A DNA stretch of 64,000 nt from positions 836,201-900,200 of the forward strand of contig NC_092679.1 in assembly GCF_964355755.1 (NCBI RefSeq), written 5' to 3'. Positions 1 to 13,701 of this stretch are shown piece after piece. The notes beneath the pieces are model-generated. The model made no database searches, was not told the DNA's origin, and saw only the letters and a list, made by a program, of their open reading frames with translations. Position numbers and translations under genes: made by a program. This DNA is from Antedon mediterranea. Taxonomy: Eukaryota > Animalia > Echinodermata. Every line of letters starts with the position of its first letter. Position 1 is the first letter of the stretch.

Positions 1-24
1 ACCCTGGGTGCCATTGGGAAAATC
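1..24 (-). other. Possible exon of a minus-strand gene continuing beyond the window's left edge
   Basis: Minus strand reads gattgtttttatgcctttAG|GATTTTCCCAATGGCACCCAGGGT, a good polypyrimidine tract and AG followed by a GC-richer stretch. Too short to identify. Confidence 0.3.
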
Positions 25-2518
25 CTAAAGGCATAAAACAATCTGTATGAAATGATCCAACAATATTGAACTTTGAATATGTCGTTGAATTGATAAAGTA
101 AAACAATGCTGAACATTTAGCTGTAGGGATGAATTTTCATTTTGGAGTGTGGGGGAAAATAGTACATGATGTCCACATTGTGTAACAATTTTATTTATTT
201 TTTTCAGGAAATATTTAATGAGAATGGTACAAAAGATGCATGATGAAAAGTTCAAGAAAAAATATTATTAGTATTATGCTAATTCATTAAAGGTAACATT
301 TTAAGTGCAAAATACACAAACCATTTGTGGAGAGGGGAATTCAATGAAAACTTCTATTTTTCGAGTTATATCTCACTCTTCGAGGAGAAGGGGCTATTGT
401 TGGTTTATCCAGGTAAGCTAGGCACGAAATAGACCACCAAATACAGTGAGTATTACTATTGTTTTCTTGTTGTTGTTGATAATTTCTAATATAAAATATC
501 TATAATATATCAATCATTGTATTACCAAGAAATTCTATTCCTTAAACCTATTTATCGTTCAACTAATTTGTTTTTAGAAAAATTTCTTTGGCCGGGCCAA
601 ATTGCGTACTTTACAGTATAGTAAAATGTAACAGTAGTAGTATTATTTTCCATAAATTATAAAATGTGCTACAGTATATTTTACAAAATCAATATAAATA
701 TCAATAGCTTTGAAACTTGACAACAGATGTTATGTACTAACCATAAAACCAATAATTAACTAACACAGAACGATAAATCGAAAGTTGTTGTAAATTGACT
801 TCTTAGTTATAGATATTGGTCCTTTCAGAACTAGTCTCTGCTGCCTTCAATTCATCTACGTCTTTTTATTGTAAACAAATCCTAAAGACAATGTGCTTTT
901 GTTTTTATTCATATGGGAAAATTATTATTTACATCACATACCAAAAGTCAGAATAAATTAGCCCTAATCAAATCAAAATGTATTTATTCATTGCATAGCC
1001 AAAAGGTGTGCAACACCTTTTGGCTAAGAAGGCCGAGATAAAAACAATTAATATAATGAATATATAATTTAAAATTTCAGATCTAAAAGTGGATTTACCA
1101 TCAAAACTATATTGATATCCTTTACACAACATAAAGAAGATTGATGGATAATGTTTACAACAACTTTTCACTAAAATGGCCGAGATAAAACAATATAATG
1201 AATATAAATTATAATTTAACATTTCAGATCTAAAAGCAAATTAACTATCCAAAAAATATATTGTATCACATACACAACATATAAAGGATTGATGGATGAT
1301 GTTTACATGTTTGAATCGTTAAACCAAAGGCCAACAGTGATGAGATGATTTTTATCGTAATTACCCTTTGTAATATCAGGTTTCAATATCACTAGTTTGC
1401 TACGGTACATCTTGGTATTTACATTAAAAGTCTTTAGCATAAAATTGACACTAAATTCACATGCATTCAATTCTCGTGTAAATTTGTAAAAAAGTAGCAA
1501 TATTTTGTTATTTGAAATTCCATAAAAAAAACTTGGTAGAGTAAATCTAATAGATCTAAATTTTGTAACATTTTCAATCCAAAATTAGAAATTAGAAACT
1601 AAACATCGGTATATCTAAACAAAATCACAAAACGAATTCCTTGCCATTTAGTTGTAGATTTAAAAGCAATTTTAAATTAGTATCTGATGATAGTCTCATG
1701 AAAAATTCATTTTTTTTTTGCTGGAATCTTGTCAAGGCTTACTCCAGATTCATCAGCAATGTCTTAAAAAAAGTTGAAAGGAATGCTTACGTTAAATATA
1801 GCTCGTACAACGCTGTTTCCCAAGCAAGCCAATTTAAACCGCAAATAAATTCTATGAGACGTCAGCAGCTGTTACAGCTACGCTACCATTAATGGTCTCT
1901 ATCGCTTCAAATTTTTGATGTAAATTGCCTTTTTTTTTGTATTATATTTCTTCTAATTTCTTTCACAATTTTTTCTGCATTACTTAATAATCATTGGATT
2001 GCATAAAAAAAATGATTGGAATTTGTAAAATCAATAAAATGTGCTTTGATTGCAAAAGCATTTCTCTGCTTTCTGCTACTTACTTCATATTAAATAAAAT
2101 CTAAACCGTGAAAACCGAACTGTTGATATCTTCTGTAGTTTTATATTAAGTGGTTATTTTGTTGTTTTCCGTAACAATGGGATATTCAATAAAAAAAAAA
2201 CAAATCATAACCAAAACAACAAAATAGTTTAGAAATAATTGTTATGTAATGTCTGCCATTAAAATTAGTAAGTACTTAACATGAACTGCTTATTTTGGAT
2301 GAATTATTTTTATAACCTTCTCCAAGTTGACATTATTTTGTTATCACGATATTGAATGTTCACATACAGTTTACAAAAAGACTATTTGATCCGGAATCAA
2401 ACTTTGTGTTTTGGGTCAACAGTAATACAAGAAAATCATGAATATCTAAAACCAAGAGTAAAGAGGATGGATAGTACTAGGTCAAAATGAGTTGAGAGGA
2501 CTAGAGTGGATATTTAGA

Positions 2519-3309
2519 CACATCAACCACCCCACCATTGTACACATCAACCACCCCACCATTGTACACATCAACCACCCCACCATTGTACACATCAACC
2601 ACCCCACCATTGTACACATCAACCACCCCACCATTGTACACATCAACCACCCCACCATTGTACACATCAACCACCCCACCATTGTACACATCAACCACCC
2701 CACCATTGTACACATCAACCACCCCACCATTGTACACATCAACCACCCCACCATTGTACACATCAACCACCCCACCATTGTACACATCAACCACCCCACC
2801 ATTGTAAACATCAACCACCCCACCATTGTACACATCAACCACCCCACCATTGTACACATCAACCACCCCACCATTGTACACATCAACCACCCCACCATTG
2901 TACACATCAACCACCCCACCATTGTACACATCAACCACCCCACCATTGTACACATCAACCACCCCACCATTGTTACCATCAACCACCCCACCATTGTACA
3001 CATCAACCACCCCACCATTGTACACATCAACCACCCCACCATTGTACACATCAACCACCCCACCATTGTACACATCAACCACCCCACCATTGTTACCATC
3101 AACCACCCCACCATTGTACACATCAACCACCCCACCATTGTACACATCAACCACCCCACCATTGTACACATCAACCACCCCACCATTGTACACATCAACC
3201 ACCCCACCATTGTACACATCAACCACCCCACCATTGTACACATCAACCACCCCACCATTGTACACATCAACCACCCCACCATTGTACACATCAACCACCC
3301 CACCATTGT
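2519..3309. repeat. Minisatellite, 24-bp unit CATCAACCACCCCACCATTGTACA, about 33 copies
   Basis: Directly visible tandem array; 8-aa periodicity in the overlapping ORFs; a variant unit (TGTTACC) recurs 120 bp apart at about 2971 and 3091. Confidence 0.98.
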
Positions 3310-5177
3310 TACTGTACATGATTTAAAATTGAACTAAACATTGATTGGTAATAAATAAACAGTAAATCACCTAAAAACAACAGAAATGGCTTGATTCTGT
3401 GAGGCTTTGGCATGACACCAAAGGAATAATGTAATTTAGTGGCTCCATAATGTATGATTATTAAGCATGAACTTAACTACTGTACTCATCATCAGATACT
3501 GTATAACACCTTTGCATTAGTGCGTCATTAGTGTATTATTGAGGTAAATGCTTTATTCCTAAGCTAATGTTAATACAATATTATCAGTTGTTTCTCTGCA
3601 TAGTCTTCTCTCAAAACTTTCATGTTTTAAGAATGTTTCGTTTAGGGTAGGTGCACACATTTGTAAACCATGTCAAGAGAAAGAGGTAAGGCCAAATGTG
3701 TTTAGATTAGGGTATAGGACTGAAATGAACATTTAGGCTACAGTAGACATTAACCAGCCAACCAGCATAACTATTAAAGATTGGCTGTTCAGTTTCCACA
3801 CAAAGCAACAACGTACAATAGGTGCAACGCCAGTAAGTTGACCAATGTCCTTGCATTGTGTCCAAGAGGTAACCAAGCTTTCTCGTACATGCCGTATTCA
3901 AATTTGGTTCTCAGTTTAGTTCATTGCAGTAAATGAAAGTAAAGCACTAAATTGGATAATTTACTCAAACTATATAAAGCATGCACTACATCGTCTAATA
4001 TATCATGTATAATACATTATCCTTAAAAGCATGGCATTTTGAATTCTCCTAAAACGAAAGCATTTTCCGTCATCCGTTACGTGCAAAGATACTACCTCAT
4101 CCATCATTACAGTATGAATCTTAAAAAATTGTAGATGCTTTAAATCTGATTAAACACACTCTCAAAGCTATCATGTAAGTAATACTTTAAGAACTTGAAC
4201 ATCAAAGCCATCATATATCATATTAAGTATATGCTTTTAGAATCCTCTCTTTAGTCTTAAGCAGTATGTACAGTACTTTATTATTCTCTTTTGAAGCCCA
4301 TTATCAAAATCTTGTAGGAAATATACTGTATGTTAACTCAAAAAGTATCTATTCTTGTAAAATGCACTTTCTCAACATTTTAAATAGCAACAGTAAGTCC
4401 ACAATAAAAGCATTGATATTAAAATGGTGTATTAAAGCTCAAAGTATTGAGTATCACCTGGGGAAATTAGAGGCAAAAGCACTTTGTATATGCGGCTGAT
4501 TACAGTATCAATTAGTACATTCACTTGCAACATAGATTTCACTCTGTCAAATTATCTATAATTATCTGGCGTTTATGAGATGCGATTCATGTCTGAATTG
4601 TACTCAAGTGGTTCAAACTTACTACTTTGTGACCTAATTGCCATAGAGTATAATCCATTTTGAGGATAATCCCATGCTTGAGGATAATCCCACCTCATTA
4701 TGGCTAAATTCAGACGTAAGACTTTGATAATTATCCATTATTAATATTACAAAGTATAATACCACTCCTCAGCCCACGCCACGCCCCTCAGCTCGTGCTG
4801 CCCACGCCTCTCCGCCCGTGCTGCCCACGCCCCTCCCTATTTTCCCCATATTTATTTCATAAGATCATCTCCTAGGTCACACTAGTTCAGTTATTCGGTT
4901 AGATAATCACATTAATTGTCAGTTTTTGTAGGTGTTGAAAATCGATAATAAATCCAACATATTCAATGTTGGCAGAAGAAAGTGTGGCACTTTTAATAAA
5001 GTAAGCTTATCCAAAAGTTCAAATTGTGTAAAACCTGCAATAATTAACACATTCTTTGATCTTAAGATCTGTTGTGAAATCTACCATATCTTCTCCTGTG
5101 TGAATGCAGGTGTTCATTTGTCAATTCTCAATTGTAAAAGATCTGTTATCACTGGCTGGAAACAGTAAGGAGTTTAA

Positions 5178-5984
5178 GGGTATGTTCAGACTCACGGAGT
5201 TACGGTGGAGTTATGTAAGCGGCGTACATATTTTTGTGTCTGAACCATGCCGCGGATCAGCGTTAGAGAGCTGTTACCCCGTGCCAGTGGCGTTAATAAC
5301 TCTAGCAAGAGAGGGTAGATTTAATAACGTTAATCCAGTGATGCATCAGTGATTTTCACCTTAACCAATAAAAAGATATCAGCTACATACCTGTAACCTA
5401 GTATACAACAACGAAATAGCTATGTCAAATGTATTTTCAGGTTTTCAATTTTAAAAAACAGTAAAGTTGGCGTCAGTGATATGATATTTTCGTAAATTAA
5501 ATCAATTAATCAGATAATTTTCCTTGTAATAATTTTTATCCGATTCTCACCAAACTTTGTCACAATGATCAATGACTCATATAATTGTGGTTACATTTTG
5601 AAGGGTCAAAGATCAAGGTCCACAAAAAACAATAATTAAAAAAAAACTTGAATGGGACTTGAACCAGCAATCTGAACTGTGAGAGGCTGGATACATAACC
5701 ATTACACCAAACTCTCATCCATAACTTTGTAGTGTACAGTTAGCCTATTTACACTTAGACCTAATAAAAAAAAATATTTAAAAATACATGTACTGTATAT
5801 ATATTTTTATATTAGGGGAATTTTACAGTAGGCAGAGGTTTGTACTCTCGGAGTACCCTCTAGTTCTATCTGTTTTGACTTGATCAGATTTAAACGCAAG
5901 GCATTGGAATGTTGATCGTTGTGTCTGAACAACTTGGCTTTTAATAAATAACGCTACCTTAACGCCATGAGTCTGAACATACCC
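5178..5984. mobile_element. PIF/Harbinger-type non-autonomous element (MITE), probably with nested insertions
   Basis: 17-bp perfect TIR GGGTATGTTCAGACTCA...TGAGTCTGAACATACCC, flanked by TAA on both sides (5175-5177, 5985-5987). Confidence 0.85.
5648..5710 (-). mobile_element. tRNA-derived SINE head remnant
   Basis: Minus strand TGGTGTAATGGTTA...GCTGGTTCAAGTCCC has A-box and B-box-like motifs but no closed cloverleaf. Confidence 0.5.
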
Positions 5985-7607
5985 TAAGGAGGTGTGCCAA
6001 ATCCAGCATCAACTTAGCTTCTCCTCAGGGAATGAGGTAGTCATTTATCAATTCTCAATTGGAAACTTGCAAAAGATCTACACTAATGTCTTCCCTATAC
6101 AAATAGCTACTGTACATCTCCTCAAAACAAGCAATATAAAAAGCCACAGTAAACTTTTTTATATTTTCTCGTCAACAAAATCCAAGTTCTAATCTTTTCT
6201 GTTGTTTTAAATCTAATCTAATCTAATCGATCCAAGCTACACATTCTTTATTTCCCTGGAGATTTAACTATGTATTTTAAGCATACAGTCATGTATTTTT
6301 CATCTATTAATTACTTTATCACCCAGACCAGAGACACGATAAACTACTGTAGAGTTTTAACATGATTCTAGCATTTAACGGTCTGACATTCATGTATTAT
6401 TTATGTATTATACGATTTGATTGAACTGTGCCCTGCTTAGCGTCCCAAGTATTATTACTGACTGTTAATGTCAAAAAGAACATTAATAAAAAAAATTGTA
6501 TTTGTGAGCAAGTTGTAAATACTCACTGATGGCCATGTAAAAGGATAGTTGGGTTTTATTTTTATCATAAAACTAATGTTTCTATTATATCTTTGTTTAT
6601 TATAATTTTACATGAAATTTACTAATTTTATCTACTTTACTTACATATCATTGCCATAAAAATATTACAGTATTAACTGTTTCGCATATACAAAAATTAT
6701 TTTTATAACCTTTTAATATTGTCTATTTTTTATTTTGTTAAACATTTTTGATGTAAACTGCAGTGTATAACCAAAGATTTTCTGATTTTTATTTGTATAT
6801 AAATTACACAAACCAACAGATGAATTGAATTTAACTGATGTCCATTTGAGGTGATTTTGAGATCATGTTAATATTACATACATAACACCATTGATGTTAG
6901 ACTATATTAAACACCTAAATGCTATGAAATGTTGGGAGTAATTGTATTAATAGCAAGCTATTATATATGCCCCAGTTGTCTAATTCAGTTACACGTCAGC
7001 CAAGTGACTTTGGAATGTTTGCACCAACTCTTTCAATTGGCTTTTTTTTTTACACCACTTATTCCAAGTGGTGTTTGCAGTTTCTTTGTACTACTGGGTG
7101 CAAGCATCAAGAGCCAACATGTGTTAAAAAAGTATACAATGAATAGTAACAGCATCATCACATGTGTTTCATATGTGACACTGTTTTACATAATTTGCTT
7201 ATGATACTGTATGCCATATGGATGTTCTTACCTGCTTAAATTTGATACTGAATGGAAGTTCACAAATGTAGAATTCTTTTATATTTGTGCAGCTGATGTT
7301 TCATAGAGATTGATGTAACTGTCAAAAAATAATTTAAAATTATTTTTCAGAATCAATTATTATTTATATCTATAAATGCAATAACACTCAAACCATAACA
7401 ATTACAGTATATTCTTGTTATTTGTTAATATCTTTTATTTATTTATTATAGGCCTACATGACAAGCCATGTTGAACGTGATTGTAGAGTATTTACATTGC
7501 AATTCGTAACACTTTTCTCCTATCTAAATAAATACTGTAACACTATAAAGAAAAGTTTGTTGACTCCAGAGAAAAGCTAATACAGTACTTTAAATATTAA
7601 GATATAT

Positions 7608-7830
7608 GTGTGGTTAGAGCATTGGACTTGCAATCTAAAGGTTGTAGGTTCAAGTTCCAGTCTGGTCACTGAACTAAGGAAAAATTTTTTTATATATACC
7701 TTGTAAAATTAAATATCATATTATCCCGGTAACAGGATCAAACATGTATGGACAGTTCCCATATTAGAAGCGCAATTGTGTTTGACCCTACCAGGTACCC
7801 ATTTGTTCACCTGGGTGGAAAGAGGCAAAC
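7608..7830. mobile_element. tRNA-derived SINE fragments
   Basis: GTGGTTAGAGCATTGGACTTGCAATCTAAAGGTTGTAGGTTCAAGT (A/B boxes) at about 7608-7670, plus CCAGGTACCCATTTGTTCACCTGGGTGGAAAGAGGCAA at about 7792-7829, resembling a reversed SINE central domain. Confidence 0.55.
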
Positions 7831-9583
7831 GCAGCATTGTACACACACTGTGCCACACCTCTTATAAGGACTATCTCACCATAAGTGGTGAATATGGTTG
7901 CTGGTCTTAAAATTGAAGGTTCATCTGAACGCAATTTAAGTGGTCTTAAATTAGATGTAAATCAATGTGTCTGAAAGCAAATGACCGAATCCACATACAT
8001 TGTACAACATCCCGATGGGAATGATAATTTATGATCGTACCACAGACATTATGCTAAGGGTGTATCATCTACGGTCAAATGTACACATTAGTTGATATAT
8101 TACAGATGTAAATCACAACATAAGACCAATAAACTAGAGTTTCTCATTAGGGAACAGACGTGAAACTAATTCTCTTTCCTACAATGAAATTATTAGTAAA
8201 GCCAACAACAATAAAAAAAAAATAATCATCACAGAAAAATATTTGTAATATAAATTCACCTATTGTAATTCACAATTTTTATTAAAATTACTGGAAAACT
8301 TTTTTTTAAATGCAGAAAACAAAGAATGAATTTCCAATCATTATTATTGTTTACGAATATTGCTTATCATCTTCATTCATTCCATTCCTTCTAGAATTGA
8401 TAGGTGGTGCCATAATCATATAAAATATGCAACAAAAGGATGTTATTTAATGTATCTCTAATTCCAAGAAACATCATCAAAAAACAATGCATACATTACA
8501 CAAACAATGAATAAATATGAATTTGGTGGAAATATAAGTGTAATAAGATTTAACAAGGTAGACACTGTATTATTCAACTAGATGTTTACATTAATTGTTG
8601 AAATTGCTTTTTTTATGATTAAATATAAATTAAATGAAATTTATTCACCACAGCACTTTTCTTATATTGTCATGTCTAATATTATTAAAAACCTCAAATT
8701 TTTAGTGATGCCGCAAAATAAATGCCTGATTGGTTTTAGCGAATGTATATTTCCTCCATGACTAAACTAAATCTATTCTATTGTTCTCTTTGTTCAAGAT
8801 GTTTTTTATTTTTTAATAAAAGTATTCATTTTAGGTTCATGCTTTAACTGCTTTAGGGCATCGCTCATTGAATAATCATTTTTACATTACATAACACAAT
8901 GACAATTCATTTCAATTCTAATTTGTAGTACTGTATTTATATAAAGCTTTACAATTTGTAATATGAAATTAAGCTGAAATAAATGATCATGCAATTTGTG
9001 AGTGGGTGAGTGGGAAGCTGGTGACGCACTGTATTTTATAGTCAACCACCCAGCCGAATTTCAACATAAACCTCTTGGAAACTGAAGTACTCTTTTAATT
9101 TGTCCTACAGTACCTACCTTTCAGTTTCTCCCTACTCCCCTATTGCTCTATCTATAACTGTCAACTGTACATTCTTTACTAGGATTATACAATATTATTG
9201 GATATTAAATAGAGTCATCTACTTAACAACAAAAGAACGTCATTATTTCAGGAGCGTGCGTTATTGTTATTCTTAGATTGAGTTGCCTTAGGAGTACATT
9301 TTATATGGACAGCTTCATAAACAACTTACTGATGGTTAGCATATATACATGTTTTCTTTCATAATAAACTGTGATATTACACACAGATGAATAGATGAAG
9401 AGAGATGGTTGTGATAGTGAAGATATTGAAGAGAAAGGTTTGATGAAAAAAGAGATGGACAAAAAGAAAGATGAAGGAAGAAAAGGATGGAGAAAGAAGA
9501 GACAGATGAAGTAAAAGACAGAGAAAAGGATGTGATAGTACTTAGTAGTTTTCAATCCTTTCAAAACATACTAGAATGTGTAA

Positions 9584-9750
9584 AGCTCTGTCTACACTAT
9601 CAAATTAGTTTGACAAAAAATGTGTGATGTGCCCAAATATGGTAGTGATATGCCCAAATATGGTAGTGATATGACATCATCATGTCTATATATGGGCACA
9701 TCATATTTTTTGTCACATAAAGTTTGATAGTGTGTAGATACTGTAGAGCT
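9584..9750. mobile_element. Harbinger/Tourist-like MITE family A (AGCTCTGTCTACACTATCAAA termini)
   Basis: TIR AGCTCTGTCTACACTATCAAA / TTTGATAGTGT..AGAGCT with TAA/TTA flanks. Related copies at 15745-16226, 36965-37088, 56519-56646 and about 62330-62441. Confidence 0.8.
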
Positions 9751-9781
9751 TTAAATAAAAAGGTTGCTCAAAGATTGTGTG

Positions 9782-12700
9782 GATAGTATGAGGTACAGAG
9801 AGTAAAGATGGAGTAAAGAGTGATAGTATGAGGTACAGAGAGTAAAGATGGAGTAAATAGTGATAGTATGAGGTACAGAGAGTAAAGATGGAGTAAAGAG
9901 TGATAGTATGAGGTACAGAGAGTAAAGATGAAGTAAAGAGTGATAGTATGATGTACAGAGAGTAAAGATGGAGTAAAGAGTGATAGTATGAGGTACAGAG
10001 AGTAAAGATGGAGTAAAGAGTGATAGTATGAGGTACAGAGAGTAAAGATGGAGTAAAGAGTGATAGTATGAGGTACAGAGAGTAAAGATGGAGTAAAGAG
10101 TGATAGTATGAGGTACAGAGAGTAAAGATGGAGTAAAGAGTGATAGTATGAGGTACAGAGAGTAAAGATGGAGTAAAGAGTGATAGTATGAGGTACAGAG
10201 AGTAAAGATGGAGTAAAGAGTGATAGTATGAGGTACAGAGAGTAAAGATGGAGTAAAGAGTGATAGTATGAGGTACAGAGAGTAAAGATGGAGTAAAGAG
10301 TGATAGTATGAGGTACAGAGAGTAAAGATGGAGTAAAGAGTGATAGTATGAGGTACAGAGAGTAAAGATGGAGTAAAGAGTGATAGTATGAGGTACAGAG
10401 AGTAAAGATGGAGTAAATAGTGATAGTATGAGGTACAGAGAGTAAAGATGGAGTAAAGAGTGATAGTATGAGGTACAGAGAGTAAAGATGGAGTAAAGAG
10501 TGATAGTATGAGGTACAGAGAGTAAAGATGGAGTAAAGAGTGATAGTATGAGGTACAGAGAGTAAAGATGGAGTAAAGAGTGATAGTATGAGGTACAGAG
10601 AGTAAAGATGAAGTAAAGAGTGATAGTATGATGTACAGAGAGTAAAGATGGAGTAAAGAGTGATAGTATGATGTACAGAGAGTAAAGATGGAGTAAAGAG
10701 TGATAGTATGAGGTACAGAGAGTAAAGATGGAGTAAAGAGTGATAGTATGAGGTACAGAGAGTAAAGATGGAGTAAAGAGTGATAGTATGAGGTACAGAG
10801 AGTAAAGATGGAGTAAAGAGTGATAGTATGAGGTACAGAGAGTAAAGATGGAGTAAAGAGTGATAGTATGAGGTACAGAGAGTAAAGATGGAGTAAAGAG
10901 TGATAGTATGAGGTACAGAGAGTAAAGATGGAGTAAAGAGTGATAGTATGAGGTACAGAGAGTAAAGATGGAGTAAAGAGTGATAGTATGAGGTACAGAG
11001 AGTAAAGATGGAGTAAATAGTGATAGTATGAGGTACAGAGAGTAAAGATGGAGTAAAGAGTGATAGTATGAGGTACAGAGAGTAAAGATGGAGTAAAGAG
11101 TGATAGTATGAGGTACAGAGAGTAAAGATGGAGTAAAGAGTGATAGTATGAGGTACAGAGAGTAAAGATGGAGTAAAGAGTGATAGTATGAGGTACAGAG
11201 AGTAAAGATGGAGTAAAGAGTGATAGTATGAGGTACAGAGAGTAAAGATGAAGTAAAGAGTGATAGTATGAGGTACAGAGAGTAAAGATGGAGTAAAGAG
11301 TGATAGTATGAGGTACAGAGAGTAAAGATGGAGTAAAGAGTGATAGTATGAGGTACAGAGAGTAAAGATGGAGTAAAGAGTGATAGTATGAGGTACAGAG
11401 AGTAAAGATGGAGTAAAGAGTGATAGTATGAGGTACAGAGAGTAAAGATGGAGTAAAGAGTGATAGTATGAGGTACAGAGAGTAAAGATGGAGTAAAGAG
11501 TGATAGTATGAGGTACAGAGAGTAAAGATGGAGTAAAGAGTGATAGTATGAGGTACAGAGAGTAAAGATGGAGTAAAGAGTGATAGTATGAGGTACAGAG
11601 AGTAAAGATGGAGTAAAGAGTGATAGTATGAGGTACAGAGAGTAAAGATGGAGTAAAGAGTGATAGTATGAGGTACAGAGAGTAAAGATGGAGTAAAGAG
11701 TGATAGTATGAGGTACAGAGAGTAAAGATGGAGTAAAGAGTGATAGTATGAGGTACAGAGAGTAAAGATGGAGTAAAGAGTGATAGTATGAGGTACAGAG
11801 AGTAAAGATGGAGTAAAGAGTGATAGTATGAGGTACAGAGAGTAAAGATGGAGTAAAGAGTGATAGTATGAGGTACAGAGAGTAAAGATGGAGTAAAGAG
11901 TGATAGTATGAGGTACAGAGAGTAAAGATGGAGTAAAGAGTGATAGTATGAGGTACAGAGAGTAAAGATGGAGTAAATAGTGATAGTATGAGGTACAGAG
12001 AGTAAAGATGGAGTAAAGAGTGATAGTATGAGGTACAGAGAGTAAAGATGGAGTAAAGAGTGATAGTATGAGGTACAGAGAGTAAAGATGGAGTAAAGAG
12101 TGATAGTATGAGGTACAGAGAGTAAAGATGGAGTAAAGAGTGATAGTATGAGGTACAGAGAGTAAAGATGAAGTAAAGAGTGATAGTATGAGGTACAGAG
12201 AGTAAAGATGAAGTAAAGAGTGATAGTATGAGGTACAGAGAGTAAAGATGGAGTAAAGAGTGATAGTATGAGGTACAGAGAGTAAAGATGGAGTAAAGAG
12301 TGATAGTATGAGGTACAGAGAGTAAAGATGGAGTAAAGAGTGATAGTATGAGGTACAGAGAGTAAAGATGGAGTAAAGAGTGATAGTATGAGGTACAGAG
12401 AGTAAAGATGGAGTAAAGAGTGATAGTATGAGGTACAGAGAGTAAAGATGGAGTAAAGAGTGATAGTATGAGGTACAGAGAGTAAAGATGAAGTAAAGAG
12501 TGATAGTATGAGGTACAGAGAGTAAAGATGGAGTAAAGAGTGATAGTATGAGGTACAGAGAGTAAAGATGGAGTAAATAGTGATAGTATGAGGTACAGAG
12601 AGTAAAGATGGAGTAAAGAGTGATAGTGTGAGGTACAGAGAGTAAAAATGAAGTAAAGAGTGATAGTGTGAGGTATAGAGAGTAAAGATGGAGTAAAGAG

Positions 12701-13701
12701 TGATAGTGTGAGGTACAGAGAGTAAAGATGGAGTAAAGAGTGATAGTGTGAGGTACAGAGAGTAAAGATGGAGTAAAGAGTGATAGTATGAGGTACAGAG
12801 AGTAAAGATGGAGTAAAGAGTGATAGTATGAGGTACAGAGAGTAAAGATGGAGTAAAGAGTGATAGTATGAGGTACAGAGAGTAAAGATGGAGTAAAGAG
12901 TGATAGTATGAGGTACAGAGAGTAAAGATGAAGTAAAGAGTGATAGTATGAGGTACAGAGAGTAAAGATGGAGTAAAGAGTGATAGTATGAGGTACAGAG
13001 AGTAAAGATGGAGTAAAGAGTGATAGTATGAGGTACAGAGAGTAAAGATGGAGTAAAGAGTGATAGTATGAGGTACAGAGAGTAAAGATGGAGTAAAGAG
13101 TGATAGTATGAGGTACAGAGAGTAAAGATGGAGTAAAGAGTGATAGTATGAGGTACAGAGAGTAAAGATGGAGTAAAGAGTGATAGTATGAGGTACAGAG
13201 AGTAAAGATGGAGTAAAGAGTGATAGTATGAGGTACAGAGAGTAAAGATGGAGTAAAGAGTGATAGTATGAGGTACAGAGAGTAAAGATGGAGTAAAGAG
13301 TGATAGTATGAGGTACAGAGAGTAAAGATGGAGTAAAGAGTGATAGTATGAGGTACAGAGAGTAAAGATGGAGTAAAGAGTGATAGTATGAGGTACAGAG
13401 AGTAAAGATGGAGTAAAGAGTGATAGTATGAGGTACAGAGAGTAAAGATGGAGTAAATAGTGATAGTATGAGGTACAGAGAGTAAAGATGGAGTAAATAG
13501 TGATAGTATGAGGTACAGAGAGTAAAGATGGAGTAAAGAGTGATAGTATGAGGTATAGAGAGTAAAGATGGAGTAAAGAGTGATAGTATGAGGTACAGAG
13601 AGTAAAGATGGAGTAAAGAGTGATAGTATGAGGTACAGAGAGTAAAGATGGAGTAAAGAGTGATAGTATGAGGTACAGAGAGTAAAGATGGAGTAAAGAG
13701 T
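9782..13701. repeat. Satellite array, 40-bp unit TGATAGTATGAGGTACAGAGAGTAAAGATGGAGTAAAGAG, about 98 copies
   Basis: Directly visible, near-homogeneous array with few point variants. Confidence 0.99.

Noticed and set aside
2482-3337. Repetitive 270-280 aa ORFs on both strands (HINHPTIV, YTSTTPPL, NGGVVDVY)
   Set aside because: 24-bp minisatellite open in most frames, with no signal peptide, splice context or synonymous-site variation.
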